Source of the DNA: an uncultured Gammaproteobacteria bacterium
GTDB taxonomy: Bacteria > Patescibacteriota > Microgenomatia > UBA12405
Direction: 5' to 3'
Length of the DNA stretch: 60,298 bases
Assembly (NCBI GenBank): GCA_964558195.1
Contig: CAZLCB010000001.1
Span: 1 to 60,298 of the forward strand
Shown here: piece after piece, positions 1 through 9,038 of the stretch
How the letters are laid out: each line of letters begins with the position of its first letter
How positions within the stretch are numbered: position 1 is the stretch's first letter
Notes under the pieces: generated by a model
Seen by the model: only the letters and a program-made list of their open reading frames with translations
Databases searched by the model: none
Told to the model about the DNA's origin: nothing
Made by a program: the position numbers and the translations under genes

Positions 1-66
1 GAGGCAACTGCTGAAATTTTGGAAAGATTAATGGATGTGAGGTATTTTAGACGAGAAGATAATTAA
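1..66 (+). CDS. 3' end of an upstream CDS (partial, product unknown)
   Basis: Frame 1 is open from the window edge (EATAEILERLMDVRYFRREDN) to TAA at 64-66. There is no start codon in the window. Confidence 0.3.
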   Translation, partial: EATAEILERLMDVRYFRREDN

Positions 67-72
67 AATTAG

Positions 73-117
73 GTAGTCCGGATGAATGTTGCAAAGCAAC
101 AAACAGAGCCGGACTAC
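73..117. terminator. Hairpin between convergent genes
   Basis: gtagtccgg (73-81) is the exact reverse complement of ccggactac (109-117). An inner gttgc/gcaac stem is present. A T-rich tail occurs only on the minus strand. Confidence 0.4.
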
Positions 118-130
118 TAAGTCGGAATTA

Positions 131-1246
131 TTATTTTTCGTTTTCATGGAGGGGGTTGTTCATTATCGAACCAAAGTGATTGACTTTAATCGGATATGTT
201 TTCCCGATTACGTATTCTTGCCAATCATTTTGATTGCTATAAGAAACAGAAAAAGTTTTCTTTTCCTTATCAATTTCTGCCTTAAAATAGACAGTATATG
301 ATTCGGTTTTATCTGAAACTCTTTCTGCACCAATAATTTGTTGACCGTTAAACCGGAGAGTATATTTTCCCCACTTTGGTTCACGATCATTGCCTTGAGT
401 AGTAACACTTCTGCTGTAACTCCACCTGTCGACATTGTAGGAATACCAAGTTTTGTAAATTGGTTTTTCGCCGATTTTTTCTTGATATGTTTTTGTTGTC
501 CAATAAGAATTGTCAACTGTTTCTACTGAAACTGCACCATTACCTCTATCAGAATATACAGTTGTAGAACTGGGATGGTATACATCTCTAGTTTTTGTTA
601 TGGTTATGTCTTCGTTATGATGAAAGCGTAACTCGCTAGTGACATTGTAGGCGTCTGACGGAGGAGTATTCCATCCAAATTCGGACTCTACCTGGTATTC
701 TTGAATATTTATTGTTCTGTTCCACCGAAACATAGACAATTCGCCGGTATAAGTTTCAGTGTGAAAAATAAAATAACCAAGAAGACTCAAAAGTAGAAAA
801 CCAGCGACAAGAGATAATCCAACCCATAAAAATTTGTTTCCAGTGGGTGCTTCCTGACGAATCGGCTTGAGTTGATTTTTTCTTTCAACTTTTTCTGGCT
901 CGGCAGTAACTACCGATGGTTCAATTGGTAGATGATCAAGTTGACGAACTACGTTTGTATGATCGTCAGACTCTCGAGGACTACTACAACCATCACAGTC
1001 GAGATTTTTGTCGAGATTGACAGATCCACAACTAGAGCAAACCCAATGAGGTTTGCCCTGGGCCAGTTCTAATCCAATTTCATCCTTTATCTCTTTAACA
1101 GAGAAGGATTCTTGGTCCTGAGGAACCTTGGAATTTCCACAACCAGGACAACGAGTGTTCCTGAGAGCGGAAATACCATCACGTCCACAGCTTGGGCATT
1201 TCCAAAATTTCTCCAGGTATGTAGTCAAAAATAACACCTCTTTCAC
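131..1246 (-). CDS. Membrane-anchored hypothetical protein with two N-terminal zinc-ribbon modules
   Basis: 371-aa ORF. It has CPSCGR..CPGCGN and CSSCGS..CDGCSS motifs, then a hydrophobic helix (LWVGLSLVAGFLLLSLLGYFIF) and a beta-rich extracytoplasmic part. Confidence 0.6.
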   Translation of the reverse strand: MKEVLFLTTYLEKFWKCPSCGRDGISALRNTRCPGCGNSKVPQDQESFSVKEIKDEIGLELAQGKPHWVCSSCGSVNLDKNLDCDGCSSPRESDDHTNVVRQLDHLPIEPSVVTAEPEKVERKNQLKPIRQEAPTGNKFLWVGLSLVAGFLLLSLLGYFIFHTETYTGELSMFRWNRTINIQEYQVESEFGWNTPPSDAYNVTSELRFHHNEDITITKTRDVYHPSSTTVYSDRGNGAVSVETVDNSYWTTKTYQEKIGEKPIYKTWYSYNVDRWSYSRSVTTQGNDREPKWGKYTLRFNGQQIIGAERVSDKTESYTVYFKAEIDKEKKTFSVSYSNQNDWQEYVIGKTYPIKVNHFGSIMNNPLHENEK

Positions 1247-1404
1247 TTAATATTAATTCCGATTTTTAAAGGTACCGTTTAATTTATTTATTTTTATATA
1301 TAAAGTTAAACTGATTGGAATTATACCATATTTTGGTATATATTTTTGTAATATAAGATATTTATGATATAATCTACCTATTCTAAGGTGTAAAAGCCTT
1401 ATGA

Positions 1405-1419
1405 ATTTCTTCTTCTTGC
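1405..1419. repeat. Left arm of a perfect 15-bp inverted repeat flanking the GC-rich gene
   Basis: atttcttcttcttgc is the exact reverse complement of 1924-1938. Confidence 0.85.
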
Positions 1420-1435
1420 ACATTTCAAATATCGA

Positions 1436-1912
1436 ATGAAAAGGGATGGTTTTATGACGTATTCTCTGGAGAATCTCGCCCTACTCGAGAGTTTTATTAA
1501 ACCGATCGCTCGACGGTTGATGAAAATGGATGGAAAGTCCGGCCTTTGGCTGGTACTTTACCAAGGCGATAAGAGCTTGAAATTTGAAGACCTGGAACCG
1601 ATTTACCAACTGGTGATCGGGAAGGCTGGCAAATACGAGAAGATCGCTAAGGCGAAAGCAAGGCCAGCCTGGAGAACGGGTTACTCTAGTGGCGATGCCG
1701 CTGACTGTGATGGGTTTTTCACTGATTCCGGGGATGCTATTTGGAAAGGATCGTCGGTGATAACGGCTGGGGACAACCGCATTGTGGTTTCAGTCTCCGG
1801 TTTAACTGGAATTCATGACGAATACCTGTCGATGGTAACCCTGGACACACTGAGGATGGTCGGCAAAGACGTGATTGATCAGCTTTCAAAGGCTGACGGT
1901 ATTATGCCCTAG
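1436..1912 (+). CDS. Hypothetical protein, compositionally foreign (about 48% GC), possibly GlcG/DUF336-like
   Basis: 158-aa ORF (alternative ATG at 1454). GC counted on four 60-nt blocks is 40-57%, against about 30% in the next gene. The segment IAKAKARPAW...VVSVSGLTGIHDEYL resembles the GlcG/HbpS family pattern (A.AKA..A ... G.SG....DE), recalled from memory. Confidence 0.55.
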   Translation: MKRDGFMTYSLENLALLESFIKPIARRLMKMDGKSGLWLVLYQGDKSLKFEDLEPIYQLVIGKAGKYEKIAKAKARPAWRTGYSSGDAADCDGFFTDSGDAIWKGSSVITAGDNRIVVSVSGLTGIHDEYLSMVTLDTLRMVGKDVIDQLSKADGIMP

Positions 1913-1923
1913 ACCTAGGATAA

Positions 1924-1938
1924 GCAAGAAGAAGAAAT
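1924..1938. repeat. Right arm of the perfect 15-bp inverted repeat
   Basis: gcaagaagaagaaat is the reverse complement of 1405-1419. It lies 12 nt after the stop codon. Confidence 0.85.
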
Positions 1939-1996
1939 GCCCGTGTGGAATTGAGGAGCTAACGCTCTGAAAGTTCTGCACGGGTTATTTTTTTTG
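1939..1996 (+). terminator. Intrinsic terminator of the GC-rich gene
   Basis: Stem cccgtgtgg (1940-1948) pairs with ctgcacggg (1976-1984) with G.U pairs. An inner gagc/gctc hairpin is present, followed by ttatttttttt. Confidence 0.55.
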
Positions 1997-2008
1997 TAAA
2001 ATTAAATA

Positions 2009-2311
2009 ATGAATTTTAGAGAAAAAGTTTACGAAGTTGTAAAAAATATTCCCAAAGGGAAAGTGATGACATATAAACGAATTGGAGATAAATTAGGTTC
2101 CAAAGCTTATCAGGCGATTGGTCAGGCGTTGAAAAATAATCCTGATCCTAAAAATATTCCATGTCATAGAGTAATTAAAAGTAATGGTGATATTGGCGGA
2201 TATTTTGGTCATATTGATGATGATTTAAGTAAAAAGAAGGAAGAATTATTACTAAACGAAGGTGTAAAAATTGTGAATGGGAAAGTCGATATGAATTGCG
2301 TTATACTCTAA
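2009..2311 (+). CDS. ogt: Methylated-DNA--protein-cysteine methyltransferase (MGMT/Ogt DNA-binding domain protein)
   Basis: 100 aa with the IPCHRVI active-site motif (PCHR with the catalytic Cys retained). Confidence 0.75.
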   Translation: MNFREKVYEVVKNIPKGKVMTYKRIGDKLGSKAYQAIGQALKNNPDPKNIPCHRVIKSNGDIGGYFGHIDDDLSKKKEELLLNEGVKIVNGKVDMNCVIL

Positions 2312-2314
2312 ATC

Positions 2315-3463
2315 ATGCAAAAAAGAATTAATTGGTGGTGGATAGGAGCCGGAATATTGGTTTTGATTTTTATGGGAATGCTTTTGGTTTATTTTAATTA
2401 TAACCGAATGGTAGTTAAAGTTAATAAGCCCAAGGAAATAAGCAATGTAACTCCAACAGCGACACCAACTCCAGATCCATTAGCTCCGTATTCGATATTA
2501 TTGATGGGCTATGGCGGCGGAACACACGACGGGGGGAGATTAACCGATTCAATTATGTTAGCTCAAATTAGACCAAGAGATGAGGTTGTGAAGTTAATTT
2601 CAATACCAAGAGATTTATGGGTACAAATTCTAATAAATGAAACCGAGACTGTTGGTAAAAAAATCAATGAGGCTTATGTAATTGGTTTAGATGACAGGCA
2701 GTATCCTAATAAAAAAACAGAATTTACCGGAGAGGCTGGTGGCGGTGAATTATCAAAATATGCAATAGAACAAGTGACCGGGATAAAACCGGATTATTTT
2801 GCGGCAATAGATTTTGATGGATTTACAAAAATTATCGATAGTTTAGGAGGAATTGATCTAAAAATAAACCAAACTTTTGATGATCCGTTTTATCCCATTG
2901 AAGAATTAAAAAATGACACTTGTGGAAAAAGTGAAGAAGAAATGAAATCTTTGGAGGCAACAATGTCGGGTGATAAATTGGAGCAGCAATATACTTGTCG
3001 CTATGAAAATTTACATTTTGATAAAGGTGTTCAACATCTAGACGGAACAACGGCTTTGAAATATGCCAGATCAAGACATTCAACTGTTGGCGGTGGAGAT
3101 TTTAATCGAGCAGAAAGACAAAAACTAGTAGTAACAGCCATCAGAGATAAAATAATGAGTATAGGATTTATTCCAAAAATTATTCCAACAATTCAAACTT
3201 TGACCAAACATATAACGACTGATGTAGATTTTACAAAAATGAGTGAATTGGTGACAAAAATCCCCGAAGTATCGCAATATAAAATAGTTTCGATAGCCTT
3301 AACTGATGTGAATGTACTAAAGAATGCTAAATCAAGTACAGGACAATTTATTTTATCCCCAAAATTAGGTGAAAATGATTTTTCTGAGATAAAAATGTTT
3401 ATAGAAAACAACGGAATTTTGACAATAACACCAACAGCAACGGTAAGCCCAGCAATTAAATAG
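2315..3463 (+). CDS. LytR-CpsA-Psr (LCP) family cell-envelope phosphotransferase
   Basis: N-terminal TM helix. Motifs LLMGYGG...RLTDSIML, ISIPRDLWV and DYFAAIDFDGFTKIIDSLGGIDL are typical of LCP proteins. Confidence 0.8.
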   Translation: MQKRINWWWIGAGILVLIFMGMLLVYFNYNRMVVKVNKPKEISNVTPTATPTPDPLAPYSILLMGYGGGTHDGGRLTDSIMLAQIRPRDEVVKLISIPRDLWVQILINETETVGKKINEAYVIGLDDRQYPNKKTEFTGEAGGGELSKYAIEQVTGIKPDYFAAIDFDGFTKIIDSLGGIDLKINQTFDDPFYPIEELKNDTCGKSEEEMKSLEATMSGDKLEQQYTCRYENLHFDKGVQHLDGTTALKYARSRHSTVGGGDFNRAERQKLVVTAIRDKIMSIGFIPKIIPTIQTLTKHITTDVDFTKMSELVTKIPEVSQYKIVSIALTDVNVLKNAKSSTGQFILSPKLGENDFSEIKMFIENNGILTITPTATVSPAIK

Positions 3464-3516
3464 TAGATCTGATATAATACTTGGTCTTTAAATTAGAAAA
3501 AATTAAACAAAAAATA

Positions 3517-4002
3517 ATGAAAAATTTTGGAAATGACCGTGGATTTAAAAATTTTAGCGACCGAGGTTTTGGTGATAGAAACCGGGGGCGAAGCTTTGGT
3601 GGAAACCGGGGTGGATTTGATCGTAATCGAAATGATCGACAGATGTATGATGCTGTTTGCGACAAATGTGGTAAAGATTGCCAAGTACCTTTTATGCCAA
3701 CCGGAGAGAAACCAGTTTATTGCAGTAATTGTTTTGAAAAAACCAGTGGACGCGATGGTGGCAATGAAAGAAGTTTTGGTGGTGGCAATAGAGACTTTGG
3801 TGGAAATAATCGAAGATTTGAAACTAGAGATACTAAAGATTATGCCCAAGAAAACACTAGATCTGAAATTGAAGCTTTAAATAAAAAGCTTGATAAGATA
3901 ATTGATCTTTTGACCGCTCAAAAACCAGTCGTGGCTATGGTAGAGAAAAAGATCAAGAAAGCTAAGAAAATCGAAACTCCTGTTGAAGAAACTCAGGAAT
4001 AA
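3517..4002 (+). CDS. CxxC-x17-CxxC zinc-ribbon protein with RGG/RG-rich flanks
   Basis: CDKC followed by 17 residues then CSNC. Repeated DRGF/GGNR motifs are present. ATG at 3517 sits inside ORF 3481..4002. Confidence 0.7.
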   Translation: MKNFGNDRGFKNFSDRGFGDRNRGRSFGGNRGGFDRNRNDRQMYDAVCDKCGKDCQVPFMPTGEKPVYCSNCFEKTSGRDGGNERSFGGGNRDFGGNNRRFETRDTKDYAQENTRSEIEALNKKLDKIIDLLTAQKPVVAMVEKKIKKAKKIETPVEETQE

Positions 4003-4024
4003 AAATAAATTTATTTAGATTTTA

Positions 4025-4072
4025 AACTCCCCTTAATTGGGGAGTTTTTTATTACCCTGCCCATGGCAGGGT
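4025..4072. terminator. Two tandem hairpins between convergent genes
   Basis: aactcccc/ggggagtt (4025-4046) followed by T6. A second hairpin accctgcc/ggcagggt spans 4054-4072. Confidence 0.6.
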
Positions 4073-4080
4073 GAGGGTTT

Positions 4081-5280
4081 TTAGATTTGGAATTGGCCGT
4101 CTTTATATAAAACTATTTTTTTGCCGGATTTGAGAGTAGCAGTAACAGTGCGGTTGGAGGTGGCAATAATGTCGGTGTGAACAGAAGAATCATTGAAACC
4201 TAAATCTTCCCAATCTTTTGGTAATAATTTGTTTAATTTGCCATTGAAAGTATCTTTGTAAGCTGACCCGAGAGCAATGTGAGTATTGCCGAATGGGCCA
4301 CCGAAATTTTCATCATAAAGAGTTTCGGCCATAAATTTGTTGATTTTAGAAAAACGTTTGTCTGTTAACGAAAACTCACCTATTTTGTCACTGTTAGGGG
4401 TTTTAATAAGTTCCTGTAGATATTTTTCACCATAGCCAGCTTCAGACTTAACTACTAAACCGTCTTTAAAAGTTAATTTAATATTTTTGATTAAATTACC
4501 TTGGCGATAAAGAGGTTGATCAAAATAAATATAACCATTGGTACCCCGCCAGTCAGGAGAGGTAAAAATTTCAAAACTAGGAATATTACGACCACCACCA
4601 CCAAGCCATTGGCGATTTTGACCAATAGTAATGTTTAAATCGGTATCTTTGGCTTTAATATTAACTTCAACTATTTCGAGCTTATTTAGTTTTTGACGAA
4701 TTTTATTGCTTTTATTTTGAACTGATTGCCATTTTTTGACTGGGTCGGAATAATTTAAAAAACAGGCTTTAATAACTTGTTGCCAGGCTTGACGTAAAGT
4801 GAGTTTGGCTTCGGTAGCCATGGCAGGGGTGGGAAATAAACCAATTGTCCAAGTTAATTTACCTTTATTTTCCTTGTTATCCCGCCAATCTTTGTAAGGT
4901 TTAAAAACCATGTTTCGCTCCATGATCAGGTGAGGATCAATACCTTCGAGTTCGTGATAATTGGTTTCGGCTAAAACCATAAGAAAATGATCGGCTTCCC
5001 GAACCCGACCTTTCATAAAAGTTGCGGGAAAAAATTTGAGTTGATCTGGTGAAGCTAGTTCATAAAATTCACGCGACATTTCGTCGGGTAAATATTGAAT
5101 GATAGGATGAGCGCCGCTTTTGAGAACCGAACGCTGAAGAGAAACTAATAGAGGCTTGGCAGACTCGGGCACTTGAAGAAAGACAACTTCGCCAGTCCTG
5201 ACACCTTTACCACTATTTAAGGCAAATTTAACCAAAACATCGGCATATTTATCGAGAATTTTTTGAGACGGACAATACAT
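4081..5280 (-). CDS. Aminopeptidase, M29 (AmpS/PepS) family
   Basis: 399 aa. The N-terminus KYADVLVKFALN..KG, NIPSFEIFTSP and GNTHIALGSAY are typical of the M29 family. Confidence 0.8.
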   Translation of the reverse strand: MYCPSQKILDKYADVLVKFALNSGKGVRTGEVVFLQVPESAKPLLVSLQRSVLKSGAHPIIQYLPDEMSREFYELASPDQLKFFPATFMKGRVREADHFLMVLAETNYHELEGIDPHLIMERNMVFKPYKDWRDNKENKGKLTWTIGLFPTPAMATEAKLTLRQAWQQVIKACFLNYSDPVKKWQSVQNKSNKIRQKLNKLEIVEVNIKAKDTDLNITIGQNRQWLGGGGRNIPSFEIFTSPDWRGTNGYIYFDQPLYRQGNLIKNIKLTFKDGLVVKSEAGYGEKYLQELIKTPNSDKIGEFSLTDKRFSKINKFMAETLYDENFGGPFGNTHIALGSAYKDTFNGKLNKLLPKDWEDLGFNDSSVHTDIIATSNRTVTATLKSGKKIVLYKDGQFQI

Positions 5281-5400
5281 GAATAATTAAAAATTAATAA
5301 TGAATAATTTTAAACCGATTACAATAAATATAACTTACCTTAATCCTACTTCGTTAAAACTACCAAGGGCGGAGAAATGGGGGCTAAGTAAGTTTTTGAT

Positions 5401-6762
5401 TTATTGTTTAGTGATGATAGCGAGAACTTCGTCGCGTTTTTGTTCCATCAATGCTTGATTGTCTGCTTCTAGATTGAGACGGAGAAGAGGTTCAGTATTT
5501 GAAGATCGAACATTAAAGCGCCAATCCCCCATTTCAAAAGTAATTCCATCCATTTTTTCGACTGGAGAAATTGCTTGGGGTCCATAAATTGATTCCAATT
5601 TCATCATAATACCTGGAGCATCAGCAACAGTATTACTAATTTCACCAGAGATAAAGTATTTTGAGTTGAGTTCGTTAACTAACTCTTCAAGGCTTTTTTC
5701 TGAACCAGATAAAAATTCAATTAAATAGACAAGACTGGTGCTGCCAGTATCACATAGGAAAAAGTCTTTAAAATAATAATGACCAGAAATCTCACCGCCG
5801 AAATAAGCATTTTCGGCTTTCATACGAGCTTTGATGTGTGTATGACCGACACGATTAGCTAAAGCCTTACCGCCATTGGCGGAAACAATTTCTCTAACCG
5901 CTTTTGAAGCACGAATATCATAAACGATAGTACAATTTGGATATTTTTTAAGAAAATATCGAGAAAGTATAGCTGTCAAAAAATCACCTGGTACAAATCG
6001 GCCCTGTTTATCGATGGCAAAGAAGCGATCTCCGTCCGGATCAAACATTACGCCGAGATCAGCGTTTTCCTGAACTACACGCTTTTCGATGTCGACACGA
6101 TTTTCTTCGTGAAGAGGATCCCCACCATGGTTTGGAAAGTTACCGTCAACCTCCCAATACAAAGGAATAAATTGAATGGCAGGAAGTTTTTTGGATAAAT
6201 TTTCAAGAATAGGACCAACAGTACCATTCGCCGGATCAGCTACAATTTTCATCGGTTTAAATTTTGTAGTGTCAACTAAACTGAGAATATAATCAGTAAA
6301 CTCATCAAGAACATTTATTTTTTCAACCTGACCAGGATTAGGAGAGTCTGATGGTAGCTCATCATTAAGAATATACTCTTTGATCTCTTTTATACCAGCA
6401 TCGCCAGAAAGTAACTCCGGGATTTTTTTGACCATTTTAAAACCAGTGTATTCTTTTGGATTATGACTGGCAGTAACCGAGACACCAGGGATATCACGAG
6501 TTTGACAAGCATAATAAAGCATGTCTGTTGAAGCTAAATCAATATCAATTACATTAACACCTACCTTAGTCAAACCCAGAATAATAGCGTCTTTCATCGA
6601 TTGACCCGAGACACGACCATCACGAGCAACAATGACTTTTTGAGGAAAATTTAAATATTTAGCAAAACCCCGACCAATAGCTTCAGCAAGTTTCTCGTCG
6701 GCTTGGTTAGGATAAATACCACGAATATCGTAAGACTTAAAAATAGAAGTATCAACGTTCAT
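5401..6762 (-). CDS. Phosphomannomutase/phosphoglucomutase
   Basis: 453 aa. It has the TASHNP phosphoserine loop, FDPDGDR metal loop and GGEISGH sugar-binding loop. Confidence 0.85.
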   Translation of the reverse strand: MNVDTSIFKSYDIRGIYPNQADEKLAEAIGRGFAKYLNFPQKVIVARDGRVSGQSMKDAIILGLTKVGVNVIDIDLASTDMLYYACQTRDIPGVSVTASHNPKEYTGFKMVKKIPELLSGDAGIKEIKEYILNDELPSDSPNPGQVEKINVLDEFTDYILSLVDTTKFKPMKIVADPANGTVGPILENLSKKLPAIQFIPLYWEVDGNFPNHGGDPLHEENRVDIEKRVVQENADLGVMFDPDGDRFFAIDKQGRFVPGDFLTAILSRYFLKKYPNCTIVYDIRASKAVREIVSANGGKALANRVGHTHIKARMKAENAYFGGEISGHYYFKDFFLCDTGSTSLVYLIEFLSGSEKSLEELVNELNSKYFISGEISNTVADAPGIMMKLESIYGPQAISPVEKMDGITFEMGDWRFNVRSSNTEPLLRLNLEADNQALMEQKRDEVLAIITKQ

Positions 6763-6814
6763 AAATTGTTTTATTAATTGATAACTTTGGGGAAGTAACT
6801 TAAGGATAACACAT

Positions 6815-6851
6815 TTTAGTTTATCAGTTAATCAGCTTTTCAGTTTTTCAG
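6815..6851. repeat. Array of four phased NNNNTCAG octamers (copy 1)
   Basis: tttatcag ttaatcag cttttcag tttttcag. The first 21 nt (6815-6835) are identical to 16588-16608. Confidence 0.75.
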
Positions 6852-6893
6852 ATAAATAAAAGAAATTGGACTATATTTTTGGTAAAATTGGCT

Positions 6894-7259
6894 ATGGATC
6901 AAATTAAATATACGGACTTTGCCAAAGTAGAATTTTTGATTGGTGAAATAAAAGAAGCCATAGAAGTTGAAGGGTCAGAAAAATTATTAAGACTGCAAGT
7001 GGATTTTGGCGAAGAAAATGTGAGAACAGTATTTTCAGGAATTAAGAGATGGTACTCCCCTGCTGATTTGATTGGTAAAAAAACGGTATTTGTGACTAAT
7101 ATAATTCCGAGGAAAATAATGGGAGAAGAGTCACAAGCAATGATTTTTGGCGCCTCCGCCTTCGTTAAAACTACGGCGGACAAGGAAGATGAAGGTAAAG
7201 AAGAAATGAGTGTATTATTTTTGGATAAAGATTTACCAGTTGGATCAAAGGTTTTTTAA
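6894..7259 (+). CDS. tRNA-binding domain protein (CsaA/EMAP-II/MetRS C-terminal-like)
   Basis: KVEFLIGEIKEAIEVEGSEKLLRLQVDFGEE..RTVFSGI..Y matches the OB-fold tRNA-binding domain pattern. ATG is at 6894. Confidence 0.75.
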   Translation: MDQIKYTDFAKVEFLIGEIKEAIEVEGSEKLLRLQVDFGEENVRTVFSGIKRWYSPADLIGKKTVFVTNIIPRKIMGEESQAMIFGASAFVKTTADKEDEGKEEMSVLFLDKDLPVGSKVF

Positions 7260-7260
7260 A

Positions 7261-9009
7261 ATGAAAATAGTAGAAGATTTAAAACAAATTATTTTAAAAT
7301 CGATTAAAGATAGTGGTTTTGAGGTGGGTGAAGAAAAAATTAAATTAGAACATCCGAGTGATGTTAAGTTTGGTGATTACTCTACTAATATAGCTATGGT
7401 GTTGGCCAAGTTGGATGGTAAAAATCCAAGAGAATTGGCTAATTTAGTTTGTCAGTCTATCAGCTTGTCAGATAGTCAGATAATAAAAAAAGTAGAAGTG
7501 GCTGGGGCGGGATTTATAAATTTTTATTTGAAACCGGAAGTGATGATTGAAGAGGCAGAGACGATAAATTACGACGTGGAATTTAGAAATAAATTGAGTG
7601 AATACGGTAAAAGCAAAACGATGGTGATTGATTATTCGGCGCCAAATATTGCTAAACCATTTGGAATTGGACATTTAAGATCGACGGATATCGGCCAGGC
7701 TATTTACAATCTTTATAAAATTTTAGGCTGGAATTGTATTGGTGATAATCACATTGGAGACTGGGGAACCCAGTATGGCAAACTGACAGCAGCGATTATT
7801 AGATGTAAGATGTTAGATCCTAGATTTAAGATCTTTGAAAAAGAATTTGATATTAATAAATTAACAATAAGTGATTTGGAAAAACTTTATGTGGCTTTTC
7901 ATAAAGAGGCAGAAACTGATGAAAGTTTGATTGACGAAGGTCGTGATTGGTTTGCTAAATTGGAAAACGGTGATAAAGAAGCCCGAGAAATTTGGCAAAA
8001 ATGTATTGATATTTCCCTATTGGAATTTGAAAAGGTGTATCAAATGCTGGGGGTTCATATTGATTTTATTCATGGAGAAAGTTTCTATAGTGAAATGTTG
8101 CCAGAAGTTATAAAAGAAATCATAGCCAAGGGAATTACTAAAAAAAGTGAAGGAGCAACGATTGTGGAATTAAACGGAATGCCACCGGCAATGTTACAAA
8201 AATCAAACGAAACAACAACATATTTCACTAGAGATATGGCAACAATTAAGTATAGAATAGAAAATTGGAACCCGGATTTGATTGTTTATGAAGTGGGTGT
8301 TGATCAACAATTACATTTTAGACAAGTATTTGAAACAGCAAAGTTGATGGGGTGGACCCGCAGCTGCGGGTTGGTACATGTGGCTCATGGATTAATTCGC
8401 TGGCCAACAGGAAAATTTTCCACCAGAAAAGGCGACACAATTCATTTGTCGGATGTAATCGAAAAGGCTATGGATGAGGCAAGAAAAATTGCCGAAAAAA
8501 CTAGTGTCAATAAGGAAATGACGGCGACTGAAAAAGAAGAAATGATTAAAGCAGTAGCCATTGGGGCAGTTAAATTTAGTGACTTGGCAACTGATCCACG
8601 AAAAGATGTGATTTTTGATTGGGATAAAATTATGAGTTTGGATGGAGACAGTGGGCCATATTTACAATATACTTATGCCCGATGTAAAAGTGTTTTGAAT
8701 AAAACAGCAATTAAAGAACAAAAAAATATTGAAGGGGTGCCAGAAAATATTAATGAAGATGAAATGGCTTTGGTAAGAGAGTTTTATAAATTTGAAGAAA
8801 AAATTATTGAGGCAGCCGAAAGATTTTCACCATCAGTGATTGCAGAATATATATTGGGTGTAGCTAGAAAATATAATGAGTTTTACGCTAAAAATAGAAT
8901 AATTGATCAAAATGAAGAAGTATTCAGAATATTTTTGACCAGGACAACAGCAAGTGTGATTGAAACAGGTTTAGACTTGCTAGGAATACAAACTGTGGAA
9001 AAAATGTAA
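7261..9009 (+). CDS. argS: Arginine--tRNA ligase
   Basis: ATG at 7261 within ORF 7210..9009. Class I motifs are present (SAPNIAKPFGIGHLRS, IGDWGTQ), with the anticodon-binding C-terminus ending in M. Confidence 0.95.
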   Translation: MKIVEDLKQIILKSIKDSGFEVGEEKIKLEHPSDVKFGDYSTNIAMVLAKLDGKNPRELANLVCQSISLSDSQIIKKVEVAGAGFINFYLKPEVMIEEAETINYDVEFRNKLSEYGKSKTMVIDYSAPNIAKPFGIGHLRSTDIGQAIYNLYKILGWNCIGDNHIGDWGTQYGKLTAAIIRCKMLDPRFKIFEKEFDINKLTISDLEKLYVAFHKEAETDESLIDEGRDWFAKLENGDKEAREIWQKCIDISLLEFEKVYQMLGVHIDFIHGESFYSEMLPEVIKEIIAKGITKKSEGATIVELNGMPPAMLQKSNETTTYFTRDMATIKYRIENWNPDLIVYEVGVDQQLHFRQVFETAKLMGWTRSCGLVHVAHGLIRWPTGKFSTRKGDTIHLSDVIEKAMDEARKIAEKTSVNKEMTATEKEEMIKAVAIGAVKFSDLATDPRKDVIFDWDKIMSLDGDSGPYLQYTYARCKSVLNKTAIKEQKNIEGVPENINEDEMALVREFYKFEEKIIEAAERFSPSVIAEYILGVARKYNEFYAKNRIIDQNEEVFRIFLTRTTASVIETGLDLLGIQTVEKM

Positions 9010-9038
9010 TCAGAAGATTGTGATATTATAAAAATAAT

